DNA of 64,000 nt from Candidatus Ozemobacteraceae bacterium (GTDB lineage Bacteria; Muiribacteriota; Ozemobacteria; Ozemobacterales; Ozemobacteraceae): contig OZ223236.1 of the NCBI GenBank assembly GCA_965140445.1, positions 2,752,001 to 2,816,000 on the forward strand, written 5' to 3'. The translations under genes and the position numbers were made by a program. Below, one piece after another: positions 59,163 to 64,000 of the stretch; the stretch's first letter is position 1; each line of letters begins with the position of its first letter. A model generated the notes under the pieces. That model was not told where the DNA came from. It did not search any database and saw only the letters and a list, made by a program, of their open reading frames with translations.

Positions 59163-60326
59163 ATGAAAAAATCCATAAAAATTATTTCAATAATTTGTGT
59201 CTTTATAATAGTTGGTTTATTTACTGTTGATGCAGTTCTGGCAGATGCTCTTTTCCTTATGGGCGAAGACGTTGCCCATCCGTCAGGGTTCGTTTTGACC
59301 GTAAATGAAATGACTAGAAAACCATTTACCACTGGTTTGGGTGGTGGTCAGAAAAGAGATGAAATTAGAATAAATCTTACAATGGTTAATGGCGGAGTTC
59401 GGTCCTTTAGAATCAACCCCCTTAAAGATTTTTCAATTGATTTGAGTCGAAGATATTCTTCTGAACTGGATTCTGAAGGCCAGGCGACCAAGGGAGAATT
59501 TAATTTGTTCCCTGGAACTCAAACCAGAGTGAACTTGTATTTCAAAGTGCCTCAGGAAGAAACCCTTGCTCCAATAATGGTTTTTAGTATAGACGATAGT
59601 TCTGTAAAAATTCTTTGTGACAGTGGAATGCAGAAACTAATAGATAAGGCATCCCAAGGCTTATCCACAGAAGAAAGCATTCGACTGGGAGATTTTTACA
59701 TTGAAGCCGGCAGGTTTTCGCAAGCTAAAGATATTGCCGAATCCGGTCTAAGAAGAGAACCTCTAAACAGCAGACTATTGCTACAAATGGCAGCGGTTAG
59801 TGATTTTGAAAACGATTATGAAAGCGCTGGCATGTATTTGCAAAGGATTGTGCCCGGTTCTGTTACCAGAGTTGAAGACGCTATGAAGTTAGCCAGACAG
59901 TCTTTTAAACTTGGGCAATATGATTTAACTATCAGTATTCTTGAACCTTTTAAAATGTCTAATCGACTTGATGAAAGTGAATTGGTAACTCTGGGTAGAG
60001 CTTATTATTACAATACTGATCTGGATGCAGCTGAACAAACACTTGTGGAGCTTGAGAGGAATAGATCCAAAAATAGTCTGGTTTATTTTACTCTTGGAAA
60101 TATTAAGGAAAAAGAAAATGCATATGATAAGGCGATTGAATATTGGAGAAAAACAGTAGAGCTTGATCCCGATTACGCTGAAGCATATTTTAATCTTGGC
60201 GTTGGCTATCTCAAATTGAATGACATTTCAACTGCAAGGGAATGCTGGTCGAAAGTTTTACTTTTGAACCCGGATTCTCAAACTTTGGAAGCCACAGAAG
60301 AAGCTCTGAAAGCAACCGACTATTAA
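59163..60326 (+). CDS. Secreted/anchored protein with Ig-like (DUF4352-like) N-domain and C-terminal TPRs
   Basis: N-terminal TM, beta-rich domain (IRINLTMVN...LFPGTQTRVNLYFKVP), TPRs such as AEAYFNLGVGY. Confidence 0.7.
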   Translation: MKKSIKIISIICVFIIVGLFTVDAVLADALFLMGEDVAHPSGFVLTVNEMTRKPFTTGLGGGQKRDEIRINLTMVNGGVRSFRINPLKDFSIDLSRRYSSELDSEGQATKGEFNLFPGTQTRVNLYFKVPQEETLAPIMVFSIDDSSVKILCDSGMQKLIDKASQGLSTEESIRLGDFYIEAGRFSQAKDIAESGLRREPLNSRLLLQMAAVSDFENDYESAGMYLQRIVPGSVTRVEDAMKLARQSFKLGQYDLTISILEPFKMSNRLDESELVTLGRAYYYNTDLDAAEQTLVELERNRSKNSLVYFTLGNIKEKENAYDKAIEYWRKTVELDPDYAEAYFNLGVGYLKLNDISTARECWSKVLLLNPDSQTLEATEEALKATDY

Positions 60327-60356
60327 ATTTGAAGTTAAAGCAACAGGAGAAATATA

Positions 60357-61340
60357 ATGGAAAAGAAAAGATTAGTTAGTGGAATGCGCAGTACAGGTGC
60401 TTTGCATCTTGGTCACCTTGAAGGCACCCTTAAAAACTGGGTTTCTCTTCAGGATAAATACGAATGTTTTTTCTTTTCCGCTGTTTGGCACGCTTTCACT
60501 GATCGTGTAAAAATTGATGAACTTCCAAAAATCATTGAAGAAATGATTGTAGACTGGATTAGTGTGGGGATTGACCCAGAAAAGTCCGTAATTTTCAGAC
60601 AATCATCCATGCATGAACACGCAGAGCTTTGCAATATTTTAAGCATGTTCACCCCATTGGGATGGTTAGAAAGATGTCCAACCTTTAAAGATGAAGTTAG
60701 AGATGATGAACAGCGCTCAAAGGTTTCTTTGGGAAAGCTCATGTATCCTGTTCTTCAGACTGCAGATATCAGTGTTTATAAGGGTGAAGTTGTGCCTGTA
60801 GGAAAAGATCAGGTTCCTCACCTTGAATTATCAAGAGAAATAATCAGAAAATTTAATGGAAACTACGGTGAAATTTTTCCTGAACCAGAAGCTTTTTTAT
60901 CTGAAGTTCCTTTGTTAATGGGTATTGATAAACGCAAAATGAGTAAATCATATAATAACGGAATTAATCTGCGTGAAACATCAGAGGGCCTGAAAAAGAA
61001 AATTCAGATGATGGTTACTGACCCACAGAGAGTTAGAAGAAATGATCCCGGTGATCCGGAAGTCTGCGCTGTTTATGCTTATCATAAAATTTACACAAAA
61101 GATAAATTAGAGGAAATTGCTGCAGGCTGTAAATCAGCTGGCATCGGTTGTCGAGATTGCAAAAACATGCTTTTTGAAAGACTGGATAGCACTCTTGAAG
61201 TTTACAGAGCCAAAAGAGCTGAAATTGAAAGTCGTCCTGGCTACATTCGCGATGTTTTGGAACATGGTGAAAAAAGAGCCCATGAAGTCGCGGGAAAAAC
61301 AATTGAAGAAGTCAGGAGAGCTATGGGTTTCATTTATTGA
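60357..61340 (+). CDS. trpS: Tryptophan--tRNA ligase
   Basis: SGMRSTGALHLGH, YPVLQTADI, VPVGKDQ.PHLE, KMSKS. Confidence 0.97.
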   Translation: MEKKRLVSGMRSTGALHLGHLEGTLKNWVSLQDKYECFFFSAVWHAFTDRVKIDELPKIIEEMIVDWISVGIDPEKSVIFRQSSMHEHAELCNILSMFTPLGWLERCPTFKDEVRDDEQRSKVSLGKLMYPVLQTADISVYKGEVVPVGKDQVPHLELSREIIRKFNGNYGEIFPEPEAFLSEVPLLMGIDKRKMSKSYNNGINLRETSEGLKKKIQMMVTDPQRVRRNDPGDPEVCAVYAYHKIYTKDKLEEIAAGCKSAGIGCRDCKNMLFERLDSTLEVYRAKRAEIESRPGYIRDVLEHGEKRAHEVAGKTIEEVRRAMGFIY

Positions 61341-61359
61341 GATTCATTGAATTTTTTAC

Positions 61360-62208
61360 ATGGCAGGCTATCAAGTAAAACTCCCTGTATTTGAAGGTCC
61401 TTTTGATCTACTCTTTCACTTGATTGAGGATCAAAAACTTAACATATACGATATTCCTATTGCAGCTATTACAGCCCAATATCTTGACTACATCTATATG
61501 ATGGAAAGTCTTGATATGGAGGTTGCTTCAGGCTTTTTAATCATGGCGGCAACTTTGTTGGAGATCAAATCCAAAATGTTGCTTCCAAAAGACAAAAAAG
61601 AAGAGTTTGATGAGCACGAAGATGGCTTTGATGACGAATTCTTTGAGCAGGATGCAAGGTCTGAACTGGTAGAAAAACTTCTTGAATATAGAAGGTTTAA
61701 GTTAATTGCTCAGCAACTCCGGGAAATGGAGATTAATTCTTCAAGAATTTATACGCGCAATGTTGATTACGAAAGAAATCCAGAAGAAATTCTTGAAATC
61801 GATGTTGGGGCAAATGATTTGTTAAATTTCTATCAGGGGTTAGTTATAAGAAGAACCAACCCTCCCATTCATCGGGTAGTAATGGAAAAAATCGGAATTG
61901 TCGATCGAATTAAGGAAATTCGAAACCTTTTGTCCAGATTCAGGGGAGAAATGACTTTTAGTGATCTGTTAAAGGGAAAAAAGACAAAATTCGATGTGGT
62001 TTTGTCTTTCATGGCAGTTCTTGAAATGACCAAGGCTGGAGAATTAAGTGTTTCACAAAGCGCAAATTTTCAGCCAATTAAATTAAAAAGAAGTAAGCCT
62101 GGTAGCACTCAAGTTGTGGAAGTTGAGGCTGAAGAAAGTCTCGATGATGAATCTATTGATGAGTCGGCTAATATAGTAGGAGAAGCTGAAGATGACACAG
62201 GACACTGA
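61360..62208 (+). CDS. scpA: Segregation/condensation protein A
   Basis: FEGPFDLLFHLI...IYDIPI, FLIMAATLLEIKSKMLLP, SFMAVLEM. Confidence 0.93.
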   Translation: MAGYQVKLPVFEGPFDLLFHLIEDQKLNIYDIPIAAITAQYLDYIYMMESLDMEVASGFLIMAATLLEIKSKMLLPKDKKEEFDEHEDGFDDEFFEQDARSELVEKLLEYRRFKLIAQQLREMEINSSRIYTRNVDYERNPEEILEIDVGANDLLNFYQGLVIRRTNPPIHRVVMEKIGIVDRIKEIRNLLSRFRGEMTFSDLLKGKKTKFDVVLSFMAVLEMTKAGELSVSQSANFQPIKLKRSKPGSTQVVEVEAEESLDDESIDESANIVGEAEDDTGH

Positions 62209-62998
62209 AGTTAATAGCAGCATTGGAGATTTAGAAAATACAAATCTTGATGCATTTAAAGATGTTGAGTTGGCGAATAACCACGAAGAAAATGAAAACA
62301 GTGAGAATGAGTCAAGTTCATCAGAAAAAATAGATATTTCACTTTTACAAGCAGCTTTAGACGGAATTTTATTTGTTAGAAATCATCCAATACCTATGCC
62401 TAAATTGGCAGAATTATTAGATGTTCCCATCGAAATCGCAGAAGAAGTTGTTAATCTTCGAAGAAAAAATCTTGAGCAGGATCCAACCGCAGGGTTACAA
62501 ATTGCAATCGTTGAAAAAGGCGTTCAGTTAGCCACTAAGGCTATGATTTCAACCTTCATTCAGAGAATGGAGGGGCAAAAACTTGTAACTTTATCTATGC
62601 CAGCTTTAGAAACCCTATCAGTAATTGCATTCAAACAGCCGATTACAAAAGCAGAAATTGACGCAATTCGCGGAGTAAATTGCGACGGAGTTGTTTCGAC
62701 CCTGTTAGAGAAGAAACTGATATACGTTTCAGGCGAAAAACCAGTTATTGGTCGTCCTAGAATGTATTCTACAACCCAGGATTTTCTCTATTACTTTGGT
62801 ATGAAGAGCTTGAAAGAGCTACCAGTGCCAGCTGTCGACATTCCTGATGAATTAACTCCTGAAGGACAAAAGGCATTAGAAAAAGGCGATAATAAGCAAT
62901 CAGAACTTGATTTCAACGAAAGTCAGGGACTGGTGGCGGTTGAACCCGAAGTTACTGAAGATGATGAGGTCACAGAATCTGAAGAAATGCCTTTATAA
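62192..62998 (+). CDS. scpB: Segregation/condensation protein B
   Basis: LSMPALETLSVIAFKQPITKAEIDAIRGVN, GRPRMYSTTQDFL.YFG..SLKELP. Confidence 0.95.
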   Translation: MTQDTEVNSSIGDLENTNLDAFKDVELANNHEENENSENESSSSEKIDISLLQAALDGILFVRNHPIPMPKLAELLDVPIEIAEEVVNLRRKNLEQDPTAGLQIAIVEKGVQLATKAMISTFIQRMEGQKLVTLSMPALETLSVIAFKQPITKAEIDAIRGVNCDGVVSTLLEKKLIYVSGEKPVIGRPRMYSTTQDFLYYFGMKSLKELPVPAVDIPDELTPEGQKALEKGDNKQSELDFNESQGLVAVEPEVTEDDEVTESEEMPL

Positions 62999-63026
62999 TT
63001 AGATTGACTAAAAGGAAAGAGAAATA

Positions 63027-64000
63027 GTGATTGTAGAGTCTCCTTACCTTCAGCACCAGTTTGATAATGGCGCACGACTTGTTGCAGAGAAAATTGATAC
63101 AGTTCAAAGCGTTTCTGTTGGATTTTTCTTTAAAACAGGGGTTTTATACGAAGAGCCTGAACTTCAGGGCGTATCTCACTTTATTGAGCATATGCTTTTT
63201 AAGGGAACCGCCCGGCGTTCTGCCAAAGAAATAGCCAGAGAGTTCGACAGAATCGGGGGCTACCTCAACGCCTTTACGGCAAAAGATTACTGTTGTTTCT
63301 ATTCGCGGGTTGTGAAAGACAAGCTTGAAACAGCATTAGATGTTCTTTCCGATATGTTCATGAATGCATCCTTCGTCGAAGACGAACTTGAGCGTGAGCG
63401 AAAAGTTATACTCGAAGAGATAAAGATGTATGAAGACAGCCCTGACGAAATTATTCATGAGCTTCTTGGCCAGAATCTCTGGAAAAATTCAAAGTTGGGG
63501 AAACCTATCCTCGGAACTGCCAGCACAGTAGCAGACATGACAAGAGATGCTGTCCTGGAGGTTTTTCGAAAACAATATGTTTCCGGCAACATGATGATTT
63601 GTGTTGCAGGAAATTTTGAATTTAGCGAATTAATTTCGTTGCTCGAAAAGCAGCTGGTTAATATGCGTCCGGGTTCAATAAAAATAGAAAATGAACTGCC
63701 TGAACCTTCTTTTGATGCCTCGGTTTACACCAAGGAAATTGAACAGGTACACCTTACTGTGGGTGGCCCGGGAGTTTCATTTACTGATCCGGACAGGTTC
63801 CCAATTACAATTTTGAACGCTGCTTTTGGCGGTGGAATGAGTAGCAGACTTTTCCAGGAAATCCGAGAAAAGCGCGGGCTCGCCTATACTGTTTATTCAT
63901 ACCATACCTCTTTTAGAAATGCCGGTTTGTTTGGCATTTATGCCGGTACTTCCATTGAAAGCCTCAAAGACGTGCTGGATTTGTTCAAACAAGAGATTGG
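63027..64000 (+). CDS. M16 family zinc protease, 3'-truncated (not in ORF track)
   Basis: GTG start. GVSHFIEHMLFKGT, LNAFTAKDYCCFY, VILEEIKMYED, GGGMSSRLFQEIREKRGLAYTV. Runs off the window end. Confidence 0.92.
   Translation, partial: MIVESPYLQHQFDNGARLVAEKIDTVQSVSVGFFFKTGVLYEEPELQGVSHFIEHMLFKGTARRSAKEIAREFDRIGGYLNAFTAKDYCCFYSRVVKDKLETALDVLSDMFMNASFVEDELERERKVILEEIKMYEDSPDEIIHELLGQNLWKNSKLGKPILGTASTVADMTRDAVLEVFRKQYVSGNMMICVAGNFEFSELISLLEKQLVNMRPGSIKIENELPEPSFDASVYTKEIEQVHLTVGGPGVSFTDPDRFPITILNAAFGGGMSSRLFQEIREKRGLAYTVYSYHTSFRNAGLFGIYAGTSIESLKDVLDLFKQEI

Noticed and set aside
60327..60356. T-box leader for trpS
   Set aside because: Only 30 nt of intergenic space
1..64000. CRISPR array, tRNA/rRNA, transposase, integrase, prophage or known defence genes
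   Set aside because: No regularly spaced DNA repeats, structural RNA signatures or diagnostic protein motifs were seen by eye
41270..64000. parS site (TGTTTCACGTGAAACA-like) near parB
   Set aside because: Only half-site-like matches inside coding regions (e.g. near 55387 and 60972); no full palindrome noticed, though a computational scan is needed

Overview
AT-rich bacterial chromosomal window with about 50 genes. I found no rRNA, tRNA, CRISPR array, prophage or IS element. SLH proteins together with a beta-barrel-like protein, many TPR proteins and large HAMP-SpoIIE proteins suggest a diderm anaerobe from a poorly characterised lineage (style resembles Ca. Riflebacteria; inference only). 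Recognisable genes: ABC-2 exporter (permease frameshifted), compact Tad module (CpaE-like::CpaF and TadB::TadC fusions), DUF523, SLH protein, PrsW-like protease, two M16 peptidases, yjdM/phnA-family, murC, M48 peptidase, comM/yifB, buk-ptb, RlmI-type methyltransferase, GH13+CBM20 amylase, RluA-family synthase, SH3b-M23 peptidase, parB, HD-GYP, trpS-scpA-scpB. The main candidate for an undescribed system is a 14-kb minus-strand cluster (41270-55453). It encodes ParB, an MBL hydrolase, a degenerate ParA/MinD domain fused to a ~950-aa Phe/Lys/Ser-rich region, a 1336-aa protein of similar composition, a PP2C phosphatase, a coiled-coil protein with a similar tail, and a 20-repeat Trp-rich TPR protein. 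Other points of interest: three different ParA/MinD-like fusions, a coiled-coil::GrpE-like::Zn-ribbon protein coupled to an unannotated membrane peptide, a second small ORF after murC, recurring sigma28-like promoters, one sigma54-like promoter, and an ankyrin protein with a pilin-like C-terminus. All family calls come from reading motifs by eye, with no database searches.
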